A DNA stretch of 64,000 bases, taken from positions 79,765 to 143,764 of the forward strand of contig MU004186.1 in assembly GCA_010093605.1 (NCBI GenBank), read 5' to 3'. The notes beneath the pieces were generated by a model. The model was not told where the DNA came from, ran no database searches, and saw nothing but the letters and a program-made list of their open reading frames with translations. This document shows positions 1 through 10,954 of this stretch, piece after piece. The DNA is from Lophium mytilinum. Taxonomy: Eukaryota. A program made the position numbers and the translations under genes. Within the stretch, counting starts at the first letter, position 1; every line of letters begins with the position of its first letter.

Positions 1-48
1 ATTACACAGGCGCAATGGAAGAAATCGTGCTGATCGGGCCATCTCAAG

Positions 49-780
49 GCTGCCATCATCGCCCAAATCGCCATCACCATGCCCGGTCTCGCAGACTTCG
101 GCAACATCCACTGGACCGCGACAGCCTTCGCCTACACCAGCCTTGTCAGCGGCCTGCTATCCACCTTCTTCTCCTTCTACGTCCAGCAGATCCTATCCGA
201 CCTGCACCGTCCAGAAGACGTGCAAGAGTGGCTGACGTCTCCGCGCAAGACTCCCCTCGATCGCCTCCTCAGCAAGATCAGCGCGCGGCATCGTCGCTGG
301 CAGGAGGCGCAAGCTGCCAAGTCAGAGAATGCAGTCGACAGGATCCCCTCCATCACCGCCGCAGCGGCGCTGACTGCTCCAAGCAGGCTGCTAGCTTTCT
401 CGATTGTAACGCTTTTCGTGGCGCTGGGCGTCTATCTCGGCTCTGTGTACACCGCGAATCTCGGCACGCTGAAGGGCCCGAATGGCAATCTTGCAGTCTT
501 GTTGTTCTTCATCGTCTTTACGACGTGGGCGATTGTGGAGGTCTTCCTCCCGCTGAATACTAAGCAAGTGGAGCAAATTGCCGGATTGCCAAACTTGTCA
601 GGACGGCCAAGTACTGGTATTCGCAGCAACCAGGTTGATGCAGAGACGAGTGCGGCAACGGCGAACTCAGGCGGCACATCAGACACGGATGCGGTCATCC
701 GGCGGGCGCTAGAAGCATCGATCCATGCTCAGGAGGAAAGCCTGAAAGCACAGAAGGCGCTATTGCGATTGTTGCTTTGA
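49..780 (+). CDS. Last exon of a multi-pass membrane protein of unknown function; gene begins upstream of the window
   Basis: Open frame with several hydrophobic segments (e.g. LLAFSIVTLFVALGVYLG, LAVLLFFIVFTTWAIVEVF). Preceded by branch-like GCTGAT (29-34) and AAG acceptor at 46-48, in frame with ORF 79-780. Confidence 0.7.
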   Translation, partial: AAIIAQIAITMPGLADFGNIHWTATAFAYTSLVSGLLSTFFSFYVQQILSDLHRPEDVQEWLTSPRKTPLDRLLSKISARHRRWQEAQAAKSENAVDRIPSITAAAALTAPSRLLAFSIVTLFVALGVYLGSVYTANLGTLKGPNGNLAVLLFFIVFTTWAIVEVFLPLNTKQVEQIAGLPNLSGRPSTGIRSNQVDAETSAATANSGGTSDTDAVIRRALEASIHAQEESLKAQKALLRLLL

Positions 781-1189
781 CAGATTCGTGCAATTTGAGT
801 CGTATTCACAAGCTCGTCTCTCTTGCCTTCCATGGGAATGCTATTTTCGCTCGCTTTGTGGCTGGATGATTCCTGCAATATCGTTTCGTACGGTGCATAA
901 TTCCGCTGCTCTGAGTAGAAATAAACGGGCTGATTACTGGACAGGTCATTTTTCTAACGTCGAGGTCGACATCAACGATGGAAGTGCGCGCCATGCTCTT
1001 TTTTGAAGCCTCTGAATAGAAACGTGTGGAGGTAATGCCGCTCGATCTCGATCCGCGATGCGATCCACAGAGGGAGCTAGCTACCGTCAGTACGGTGTGC
1101 CTAGCTATGAACGACGGAGCTGAATCATATGATAGAACACCGTCTGAACATATCCATTTGGCACATAACTTGCTCTTCAGATGCTAGTC

Positions 1190-1985
1190 TTAGACAGAAG
1201 CAGATAACAGACGCACTAGCATAACTGCTCGGGCTACTACGTCGACATCTATCTTGGTTGAGAGCGTGTCGATGATACCCCTTGCTGTTTCAGCAGCAGA
1301 GATATCGAATACATCTCCGTCGTCCGTATCGAATTCATCTGTATCGTCCGGACCGAAGTCATCTTCTTCATTCAGAGTGGTGGCGTCTTCCGGTGTGCTT
1401 TCTACGGTGGCGTCGAGGGGCGGTTTCCAGTTCAGACGCTTCGACTCGCCCTCCGCCAAAGTGACATCAGCCTTCCTTTTGCGAGTTCCCGTTTCATGGC
1501 CGTCAACTCTTTTCTTGAGAGCTTTTATTTCGCCATCGATGAAGGGCAGATGGAAGAAGCTGCTGGCTGATCAATGAATTGCTCGAATGGTGCAACGGTT
1601 CTGCTTTGGGATGTTCAAACCTGTCATTGTCATCAACAAGATGACGCGGTGCTGGGGTAACGTCATAAAACGACGTGGCCGGAGTGCTTCATGGCTCTGG
1701 AAGGTGTTCGGAACTAAACGCCCAAGCCACTACGCCTTCAATTCATGGTGTTCAGTGTCCAGACTGGGGCGTGGTCACTAATTCGATGATGGCTCTCAAC
1801 AACCAGAAGAAGATCATGGAGATACTCGCTGGTGGAAATAGTACGAACCAATGGCAGCTAGGTGGGCAGAAAAGGGAGAAAGGGCTGATTTCATCACCAA
1901 CCTCCCCTACCAATGCCTCTAAACATTCGACAGCTGCCGGCCACATGGAAGGGTGCCCCGCTTCTACTTCTTCCTTCGTGATCGC
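1190..1985 (-). CDS. Hypothetical multi-exon protein with an acidic C-terminus; exon structure uncertain
   Basis: Terminal exon about 1559-1190 reads FFHLPFIDGEIKALKKR...EEDDFGPDDTDEFDTDD...; candidate intron about 1620-1560 (GTTTGA...CAG). Further protein-like pieces upstream (ITKEEVEAGHPSMWPAAVECLEAL). No recognised domain. Confidence 0.35.
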
Positions 1986-2371
1986 CTTTCATCCACCACG
2001 AGCCCAACAGCTTCCAAATGATCCAGCATCATGTCGATGTTGATGCTTCCCCAAAAGCTCCTATATCGCATACTTTTCACATGTTTGCACTAAAACTGCA
2101 GGCCATGCGTGTCTGCTGTAGACAGTGTTCGTTCCCCCCTCGCCCATGCCAGGAATCTCCTCTATGAAGAAAGAGGGAGGACTCAGAGGCGCGGAGCAGA
2201 TCTTATATCTGACGGAGGACGCGCATGTGAAATGGGTCAACTCACAGGCAAGCCGCGACGGCACTGACTAATGAAGAAAGGAGGCGAATGGGAGACGGTA
2301 AGAGTCAAGACAGAAAGTAAAGAATCGACAAACTATTTTGGCTCGTATTGTACGCCACAGTTTTGTAATCA

Positions 2372-3577
2372 CTACCTCCCCTTCGCCAACCTCGCCAACA
2401 CGGCCTTCCCTGCATTCGCATCATTCTTCCTCCCCAACTCCCCACTAATCCACTCGCCCACTTTACTCAGTTCCTCCAAATTCACCCCTGTGCTTGCACC
2501 CAAGCTATTCACTAAATGGACGAGATCCTCCGTCGCAACGTTCCCCGTCGCGCCAGGGCTATACGGACATCCTCCTAGTCCACTCACGCTCGCATCAAAC
2601 GTCCTGACACCATGCTCCAACGCCACAACCGTATTCACAAGGGCCATGCCGTAGGTGTCGTGGAAATGCAGCGCGAGATCCTTGGTTTCGACGCCCGCCT
2701 CCTTCAGCACTTTCAAAAGAGCAGCCGTTTTCGGCGCCGTGCCCATACCCGTGGTATCACCAACGCTTATTTCGTCGGCTCCCATTTCAAGCAAGCTAAC
2801 GGCGAGCTCTGCGACGCGGTGCGGGTCTGTGTCCGGTCCTTCATAGGGGCAGCCTAGTGCGACGGAGATGTAGGCACGGACGGGGAGGGCGAGGCTCTTT
2901 GCGCGGGACATTATGGGCTCGAATCGTTTTAGGGACTCGGCGATGGAGCAGTTTGTGTTCTTTTGCGTGAAGGACTCGGTGGCGGCGGTGAAGAGGGAGA
3001 GTTCGATCTTGGGGGTTTGTTGGGGGGAGATTTCGGAGGCATTCGGGTCTTGCGAGGATGTGTTCTCAGCAGGAGGGGTGCCTGGGGGCGTTGGGTACGC
3101 CTCTTCTGCTGATTTGGAGGTATTGAAGGAGTCGTAGGTGGTCATGAAGTTGTCGAGGCCTTTGATATTTGGGAGGAGGAATTGGTAGGTTATGGGTTCT
3201 TTGGAGGCGGGAGGGGTTTGAAGGATGTGTTGCAGGATTTCAGAGGAGTTCGCCATCTGTATATATCAGAATGCTGCTTGGAGGGGAGGGGTTCATTAGA
3301 GGTTGCTTACTTGAGGCACCCATTTTGGTGCTACGAAAGATCCAGCTTCGATTGTCTCCAGTCCTGTACGTGCTAGTCTCTCTATAAGCTCCATCTTTGT
3401 CGCCAGCGATATGCTCTGCTTCTCGTTCTGCAGTCCATCCCTCGGTCCGACCTCGACGATGCGGATGTGCTCTGAACTACGGGGCGCGGAGCCTGGCGTG
3501 ACTGTCGCGAAGCCCCTCCGGCATGGATGGCGGGCCGCGAGTCGCGCGAGGCGGAGACAGGTGTATCGAGACGACAT
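2372..3577 (-). CDS. HMGCL: Hydroxymethylglutaryl-CoA lyase, mitochondrial
   Basis: Motifs [20 protein letters not shown] and [19 protein letters not shown]. Exons 3577-3311 and 3256-2372; intron 3310-3257 (GTAAGC...CAG). Arg-rich N-terminal presequence. Confidence 0.95.
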
Positions 3578-3749
3578 AGTGGCTGGTGGGAGAGACGAAA
3601 GAGTGAATGTAATGTGGCAGCTTGGTGTTTGTATAGTCTACGCAGCTTGGTGGTTCGAGTTCGCCGCGGGGAAGACGAGGAATTGCGGGGGCCGAAAATT
3701 GCCGCCGCAGACTTCATCCCACCTCGACAAAACACCAGATTATACGAAT

Positions 3750-5246
3750 ATGGAGGAGGACCGGGCAGCCACGAATCTAGGGCCGGACGTGGAGGGGGAC
3801 ATGAACGGAGAGGAGAAGATAGTGCAGAAACAGCCCAAGAGGAGGTTCGTGGGCAGAAGGACTGCGGAGAAGGCCGCTGAACAGGCAGCGCCAAATGCGA
3901 ACATCGAGGACAGCAGTGCTATACAAGGTAGAAGCTACCATACAACGCCTACAGTTTATATATACTTACGAGATGAATCAGTTGCCCAACCCCGAAGAAC
4001 AGCCCGCGCCCTGAACAACATCCCCCCGTCCATTCTAAACGACCCCGATATCAACGACGCCATTTCTCTCCTCCCTCCCAATTACAACTTCGAAATTCAC
4101 AAAACAATCCATAGGATACAGACCAGTAGCGCTAAAAACATCGCCCTCCAGTTTCCAGAAGGCCTCCTTCTCTTCGCGACCACAATCTCCGATATCCTCA
4201 CCCAGTTCTGCCCTGGAACTACTACTACCATTATGGGCGACGTGACCTACGGCGCCTGCTGCATCGACGACTTCACTGCTCGAGCCTTGGGGTGTGACCT
4301 TTTGATACACTACGCGCACAGCTGTCTGATCCCGGTAGCCGTCACTAAGATCGCGACGCTGTATATATTCGTCGCCATAAGTATAGACACAGCGCACCTC
4401 CTAAGCACCATCACGCGAAACTTCTCAGTGGGAAAGACAATAGCCCTGGTAGGAACCATACAGTTCAATGCGACCATCCACGGCATTGCCCCCGACCTAC
4501 GTAAAGAAGGCTACAACGTCATTGTTCCCCAAATCTCTCCATTATCAAAAGGCGAGATCCTAGGGTGCACATCCCCAGCCATGTCGCTGAACCCCACCCC
4601 ATCTACCAATCCAAAGAGGCCATCAAAGCCGGAAGATATGCTGGTACCAGATTTACTGTTATACCTAGGAGACGGCCGATTTCATCTGGAGTCTGCTATG
4701 ATCGCTAACCCGACTCTGCCTGCGTATCGCTACGATCCCTATAGCCGCCGCTTGACGCACGAGGTGTATGAGCACGCATCCTTGCACTCGCTCCGTAGTA
4801 CTGCCATTCGTACCGCGCGGAAGGCGAAAACTTGGGGTATCATCCTTGGCTCGCTCGGCCGACAGGGGAACCCCCACACCCTCACACTCATCGAGAACCA
4901 CCTCCGCGCGAAAGGACTTAAATGGGTGAACCTACTCCTCAGCGAGATCTTCCCGGGTAAACTGGCAATGATGGGCGATGTGGAAGCTTGGGTGCAGATC
5001 GCTTGTCCGAGGTTGAGTATAGACTGGGGCTATGCGTTCGAACGGCCGTTGTTGAGTCCATACGAGGCGCTTGTTGCGCTAGGGGCGAAAGAGGCGGGGT
5101 GGTTGATCGAGGAAGAAGAAGGCGCAGTAGGAGAAGTAGGAGGTGGTAGAACGAAGGGAGTGTATCCGATGGACTTTTACTCGAAAGAGGGACTGGGGAG
5201 GACGACAGAGGCCGGGGCAGTGTTAGAGGTAGGAATAGCAGCCTAG
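3750..5246 (+). CDS. DPH1: Diphthamide biosynthesis protein 1
   Basis: Motifs [42 protein letters not shown] and [13 protein letters not shown] at 3750; probable intron 3928-3981. Confidence 0.95.
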   Translation: MEEDRAATNLGPDVEGDMNGEEKIVQKQPKRRFVGRRTAEKAAEQAAPNANIEDSSAIQGRSYHTTPTVYIYLRDESVAQPRRTARALNNIPPSILNDPDINDAISLLPPNYNFEIHKTIHRIQTSSAKNIALQFPEGLLLFATTISDILTQFCPGTTTTIMGDVTYGACCIDDFTARALGCDLLIHYAHSCLIPVAVTKIATLYIFVAISIDTAHLLSTITRNFSVGKTIALVGTIQFNATIHGIAPDLRKEGYNVIVPQISPLSKGEILGCTSPAMSLNPTPSTNPKRPSKPEDMLVPDLLLYLGDGRFHLESAMIANPTLPAYRYDPYSRRLTHEVYEHASLHSLRSTAIRTARKAKTWGIILGSLGRQGNPHTLTLIENHLRAKGLKWVNLLLSEIFPGKLAMMGDVEAWVQIACPRLSIDWGYAFERPLLSPYEALVALGAKEAGWLIEEEEGAVGEVGGGRTKGVYPMDFYSKEGLGRTTEAGAVLEVGIAA

Positions 5247-6559
5247 TACAGACATGGTTGCTCTCTGAGAGGGCAATAGAAGGCGATCGGTGCAGGTGCA
5301 TTTGTGACGTTAGATCTTCTGGGTTTGAAGAGTGGGCAGATACGAAAAATGTAGGTTTGTACATTCTCATCCATTACTTTCATTTTTTCAGCCCATCACT
5401 TCCACAAAATTTTATCATGGGAACGGTCACCCTTCCATCTTTCAAACCCTACTGTCAGATCACATTCTAGAAGGAGTTGCTGGCGAGTATGCAGAGTTCA
5501 GCCCGTGCATATTTCTTCTCCAAAGTCCGTGTGGCGCAGTCTACAACTCGAGGCTGATTTGTTCTCTATCAGGTATGCATGCAACACATAGCTTGTGCTC
5601 AGCCTCGAATTCGTAAATACTAGACCGATGTGAAATCTTGATTCCGTCATGTCGCTCGAATGACCTCGGATTACCGCAGCCTACGCCCTTCACACCGGTC
5701 ACACCGGTCACATTGCTGCCGTTTCCCAGCCCGACGTCACCCGTCCGCGTCCGTAAACCTTTTGGCCACCTATCGCACCTCCGAAAACGCAGCTTGCGAG
5801 CCGTCACATCCCTAGGACAATGCTACATTTTCGGCGCTGAACCATTACAGCCCGCCGTGCAGTATCGTCGACTACATTGCAGCCTACTGCCCGGGCCGTT
5901 TAGACGTGGGCTCGTCCAATCGGCCTGTCGATGTGGTATGCCCAAGGCAGCATGAACGAAGCACATTTCGAGAGATTACGCCTTGTAACGTTGCCTTCAG
6001 AAACACTTACGACGCGATTACATGCAAACTCCTTAATTGAAATTTTATGTCTTACACTTCGAGGCTTTTGGAGACCGGTGACTGCTGTGCTCGGCCACAA
6101 GAGTTCTCTATGCGACGGATCTCTTAATTCCACATGTGCTTTTGCTCACCTTCTTTTTAGGTCAGCGCCGTCCATTCGTGCTTCAGTCTTGTCACTCAAT
6201 TTCGTGTCTCATACTTCCGCTACGGCGTATTACCCTCAAACAGACTTCGGGTTCAGTTCTAGATCGACAGCACATCAAAGATTCTAGATTTCCGAATGCT
6301 CACAGCTAAACTCAGACGTCGTTATGGCTCCGCCAAGTGGCGTGATCCCCGGCGCTAATACCAGCAATGCTCAAGCGGGAGATCAATCAAACCCGTATCA
6401 AAATTGGTTTCGATCGATCGTGAATCAAGGCAACTGTCGTTCATTTGCAGGGTACGTCCTTCTTTTTCCGCGCGAGTCGCATGATTCGTGCTGAGAATAT
6501 GCAGAACTATGCACATGTACGTTGAGACTTTCAACCATAACTCAATACATCTCCCTCAA

Positions 6560-7427
6560 ATGAACGGTGTAGACGACGAGATGCGTTCAAGACCGCGGAC
6601 TCGAGAACCGCCTTCGCGGAGCCAAAGAACGCCTACTTCAGCTCCTCCATCACGCGAAAACTCCCCAGCATCCCAAGCTGTTTCAACTGCACCTCTCCGC
6701 TCGTATTTCAGGCGTCGCGAAACCCGGATCAGGATTATGATAGTACTGATACTCATTGTGCTCATCGTCATGCTTGTCGTCGTTCTCGTTCCAGTAATGA
6801 TGACGTCGCGGGTCGCAACGCCCATGTCAGAGGCATCAAAAACGCCTATGAGTTCAGGCTCCGCATCTCTGCATACAACTTCCCCTAAGTCGTTTCAGAA
6901 CTCGGGTCATACAGATCTTGGATCGTCTACAGTCACACTTGAGAGCAGTGTTGGTTGGGTTTCATCTGTATCAGCAACAGCCACAACCGCGCCGGAACTC
7001 GGATCTTCAAGACAGACAACCTCGCTGCCCGGACTAGGATCCTCAAGACAGACAAACTCGCCCTAGATGACAGGTTTCGAAAACGTTTCGAGAGCGAGCA
7101 ATCGTCGAAAATGCCCACCGACATCGATCTTCTTCAACGCATTCGGTTTCCGCACAGATGATTAGTCTTCTGATTGGAGCCACTGTGCCCGACAAGACCT
7201 TTGTATGGGAGGGGAGAACAGATACATGCACTCGATGGCCAGGATTGGGATGCCCAGCCGATCACTGCTGCAGCAATATCTGCGTCGATCCGCTCCCATG
7301 CTTGGATGGGATTTGTGGTATGACTGGCTGTCTTGAAGGTTGGATCTGTCTTAGTACATGCATCCCTCCGATGGCATGCAACACTGCATCTGGAGACACC
7401 ACCGGATTGTGCAGAAGTACTTCGTAG
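6560..7427 (+). pseudogene. Interrupted type II membrane protein with Ser/Thr stalk and C-terminal 12-Cys domain
   Basis: ORF 6560-7066 has a basic N-terminus, a TM segment (IMIVLILIVLIVMLVVVLVPVMM) and an S/T-rich stalk. The Cys-rich ORF 7128-7427 is in another frame. Removing 7061-7127 fuses them. Confidence 0.55.
6992..7063 (+). repeat. 36-bp tandem duplication (PELGSSRQTTSL / PGLGSSRQTNSP)
   Basis: ccggaactcggatcttcaagacagacaacctcgctg followed by cccggactaggatcctcaagacagacaaactcgccc. Confidence 0.85.
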
Positions 7428-7904
7428 GAAATACGACATAGGCCCTGAGACTCGGGCGATGATGAAGTTGTATGCAAGGGGTGGTGAGTTGCATTGGAGT
7501 AGCCCCATATCCTTCCAAAGCTAATGAAGGAGTACTTAGGCAATTGCATCATCTCGTATCCTCTGGCGATCTACAGCCTTAGTGTATTATGATCTGTATC
7601 ATTTATAACGTAATCCTTTCGTCCTCTACAGTCCTACCTTTAACTCGAACTTGATGAACGACTCGAAAAATCAGCACAAGTAGTGAAGACCTTGAAATTA
7701 GATGTTACCAACGTTTATGAAGTATCACCAAGGTGTGCACAATAATAAGCGACCGCCCGTCGCGATCGGAATTAGTAGAGCACCCACGCAAACTCAATTC
7801 CGGTGCCGAGAATCCAGTGAAATACGAGTTAACTACTTTCTGCTATATCTAGACTAACGAATTCGCCCTAGATGACAGGTCTCGAAAACCACCATTCGCC
7901 AAAA

Positions 7905-8336
7905 ATGCCACCCGACTTCGAAAACCACATTCTCATCTCCCAAGTGTTGAGCACCTACAGCGCGCCCTCCTCCGCCGCCGAAAAGATAGCTCTCTTCGCC
8001 CCCGACAGCACTCTCGTCGTCCATGGTGGAGTCGAATACAAGGGCAAATTTACAATCGAGGCTTTCTTTGCAGCGTCTGAGAATACGAAGAAGGCTGGGC
8101 ATCCTTTTCCTCATCACCTAAGCTCTATCAAGATTGATACGAATAGCTCAGATCATGCTAGCGCGGTATCTTATTTTCTAGTCATGGGGAACACGGCGCC
8201 GGATCATTGGGGCGTTTATAGGGATGAGCTTGTTCGGATTGGGGGCGAGTGGGTTTTCAAAGAGAGGCGGATTACGATTGAGGGAGCTGACCCCAAGGGG
8301 TGGATTGGGTCGGGAGCAGGACCTGTGAAATTTTAG
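7905..8336 (+). CDS. SnoaL-like / NTF2-fold protein
   Basis: Intronless ORF, start at ATG 7905 (or in-frame ATG 7872). Pattern LFAPDS..HHLSSIKI..ASAVSYF..DHWGVYRDELVRIGGEWVFKERRI is typical of SnoaL-like domains. Confidence 0.8.
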   Translation: MPPDFENHILISQVLSTYSAPSSAAEKIALFAPDSTLVVHGGVEYKGKFTIEAFFAASENTKKAGHPFPHHLSSIKIDTNSSDHASAVSYFLVMGNTAPDHWGVYRDELVRIGGEWVFKERRITIEGADPKGWIGSGAGPVKF

Positions 8337-8535
8337 ATTCAGCACCTCATCATTAAACTGATTCACTATTTTGCAACCATCATGATGATTTGATGCACGA
8401 AGTACGGAAGTAGAGATCATTTCAATGAGGGGGTCCGGAGAAGCTGACTAATCCGTGTTTACCGCCTTGGCAAATTCAAGCTCCGCGACCTCATCCGTGC
8501 ACTAGCCCTCATCGACATCACTTCATCAACACAAC

Positions 8536-9762
8536 ATGGCGACCCTCAAGTTCGGATTGAATATCCAAAAGAAGCAACAGAAGGTCCCCAATCGCCCAGC
8601 CCCTGCGAAACGAAAACCCATCTTCGACGAGGAAGACGAAGACGACGAGTCCAGTCACACAACCAAATCCTCGAACGGGGCCGAAGAAATTGGGGTCTTC
8701 GACCTTGACGAACCCAAACCCAAACCTAAACCGCCTATCGCTTCTCCGAAAACCGCCTCACAACCCAAACCTTCCAAGCTAGCAAGCGCTCCGACACTAA
8801 AGCAATTGGTGGACGATGACCCCACCGCTGGCTATGGAGATCTGTCAACCCTCCAGACTTCCATGAAACATGCCGAAGACGCCCTTGCCGTCGACCCCTC
8901 TATATACGACTACGACGCTGCGTATGACGCGATTCACACCAAGACCGCCGCTAAAGCCGCCGCCGAGCGCGAGGATGCGGTACAGCGCAGGCCAAGATAC
9001 ATGGAGAAGGTAATGGAGTCGGCCGAGGTTCGCAAACGGGATCAACTGCGAGCGAAGGATAAACTGCTACAACGAGAGCGGGAAGCTGAGGGTGACGAAT
9101 TTGCGGACAAGGAGAAATTCGTGACGGAGGCGTACAAGGCGCAGCAAGAGGAGGTTCGGAAGGCTGAGGAGGAAGAGAAGGCGAGGCAAGAACTGGAAGA
9201 GAAGAAAAGGAAAGGGAAGGGTATGACGGGGTTCTACCGTCAAATTATGGATGAAGATGAGGAGAGACATCGGGCGGCAATGGAGGCGGCAAGTCTGGCG
9301 GGGAAGGCGGGGGTCCAGAAGGTGGAAGAGGCCCCGAAAGAGAAGTCGGAGGCGGATATTGCGAAGGAGCTCAATCAGAAGGGTGGGAAGATCATCATCA
9401 ATGAAGAGGGGCAGGTTGCGGACAAGAGACAACTGCTCACGGCTGGACTTAACGTCGTTGCGAAACCTAAAGCTGCTACTGCGGCGTCTACGACGGCTGC
9501 TCGACCGGGTGGCTTGCAGCCAGGCTACAAGGGTCGTGAAGGTGTGCAGAGATCAGTGAGAGAGAGACAATCGAAGATGATGGAAGAACAGTTGGAGCAG
9601 GCGGCGAAGCGAGCTGCTGACGACGAGGCCGAAGAGAGGCGGAAGCTTGAACACACATCGAAGAGCCGCAAAACGGACTCCGACATCAGCGGTGCAAAGG
9701 AGCGGTATCTCCAGCGGAAACGGGAGGCTGCTGCCGCTGCCGCTGCTGGAAAAGGATCGTAG
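8536..9762 (+). CDS. Nuclear speckle splicing regulatory protein 1 / CCDC55-like (DUF2040)
   Basis: Motifs DPSIYDYD, RPRYMEKVMESAEVRKRD, EREAEGDEFADKEKFVTEAYK and C-terminal AKERYLQRK. Confidence 0.9.
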   Translation: MATLKFGLNIQKKQQKVPNRPAPAKRKPIFDEEDEDDESSHTTKSSNGAEEIGVFDLDEPKPKPKPPIASPKTASQPKPSKLASAPTLKQLVDDDPTAGYGDLSTLQTSMKHAEDALAVDPSIYDYDAAYDAIHTKTAAKAAAEREDAVQRRPRYMEKVMESAEVRKRDQLRAKDKLLQREREAEGDEFADKEKFVTEAYKAQQEEVRKAEEEEKARQELEEKKRKGKGMTGFYRQIMDEDEERHRAAMEAASLAGKAGVQKVEEAPKEKSEADIAKELNQKGGKIIINEEGQVADKRQLLTAGLNVVAKPKAATAASTTAARPGGLQPGYKGREGVQRSVRERQSKMMEEQLEQAAKRAADDEAEERRKLEHTSKSRKTDSDISGAKERYLQRKREAAAAAAAGKGS

Positions 9763-10016
9763 AACACAAAAGCTATCCCCGTGGGAAGTCATCAAATTCA
9801 AATCAACTAAGTGCTCGTTTTCAGGGTTGAGGCTTTTAGGTGAGAACATTCTTTTAAACTTCGAAAAGACACTTCTCCCATCATGAACATGTCAGAACTC
9901 ATCCTAAACTCAATGCCTGTGTAAATGCAATTTCAATCAGACGCTTACACCATAAACAAACCCATAGCTAATAGCCAATCTCAAGTCTTCTATTAGATAC
10001 AGCCAATGACCTGTCA

Positions 10017-10489
10017 TCAGTTCGGCATCTCCTGATGCTGCGCCAGTCCCTCCCCTTCCTTCAACCACGCCACACGATGCTTGACCCAAATCTCCGCTTC
10101 CGGCTTCACATCCTCTGCTCCCGATCCCACATCCAGCGCACCCGCTTCCACAATCACGAGGCCCTTAAATCCTTCAGCCTGAGTCTCTTTACAAACCGTG
10201 GTGCCGCAATCTCCACAAAAGGAAGTTGTGAACTCATCGCCCGCTTCCTGCGTAAAGACATAGTGCTTAGGCGCCCCAGTGATGGAGAAAGAGGTCGCCG
10301 GGACGAGCATGTTGGTCGTGAAGAAGGAGGAAGTGAGCTTGCGGCATTCGAGGCAATGGCAGAGTACCTAAGTTGGATTTTGAGTAAACACATGTCCCAA
10401 ATGACAGATAAGGGGCCACTCACGGTCTTAATCGGCTCACCAGTATTATCGAACGTCAGCTTCTTGCAAGCGCAGCTTCCTCTGGCCAT
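10017..10489 (-). CDS. GFA / CENP-V / Mss4-like zinc-binding protein
   Basis: Exon 1 10489-10424 (MARGSCAC), intron 10423-10368 (GTGAGT...TAG), exon 2 VLCHCLECRK...FCGDCGT...EIWVKHRVAW. Shows the CxC / CxCxxC / CxxC pattern. Confidence 0.9.
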
Positions 10490-10954
10490 GTTGGACGTCG
10501 GTTCTATTGAAATTCCTGGAGTGGTTTGTGGTGCTGGGCTAGGTCTTCGAGGTATTGAAACGAAGTACAGATATTCGTAGCAATATGAACAGCATGAGTA
10601 CCTCTCTTTTATATCATAGCCAGGTCCTGTTTCAAGAATCTGACTTCGCTTACAATGGCTCCGCAATCTCCACGGCAGCCCGCTCAGCTTACCTCAGCTT
10701 GACTTCGTGTTACATAGCCACGACTGCCCGCCTAGGTCAGCAGCCTGCTCTGGGGGTGCCGACCCTATTGGCAAGGTATCACCACTTCTGCTATCACGAA
10801 TAGGAACTGGGATAGCTGAAGAAAGTATAAAGGGTACAAGACGCATGGCCGGGATCGTAACCTCATCTTCGATGCGGGCCGCGACTCATTGAGCATCAAA
10901 CAGTCAGTTATCGCTTCAGGCCTGGGGTATCTCTACAATACTCACGAATGGTCC

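Noticed and set aside
3005..3125. Pro/Ser/Thr-rich insertion in HMG-CoA lyase as an intron or novelty
   Set aside because: It is in frame without good splice signals and looks like an ordinary low-complexity loop.
3411..3749. N-terminal extension of the 611-aa DPH1 ORF
   Set aside because: It overlaps HMG-CoA lyase exon 1 antisense and is not protein-like; ATG 3750 fits better.
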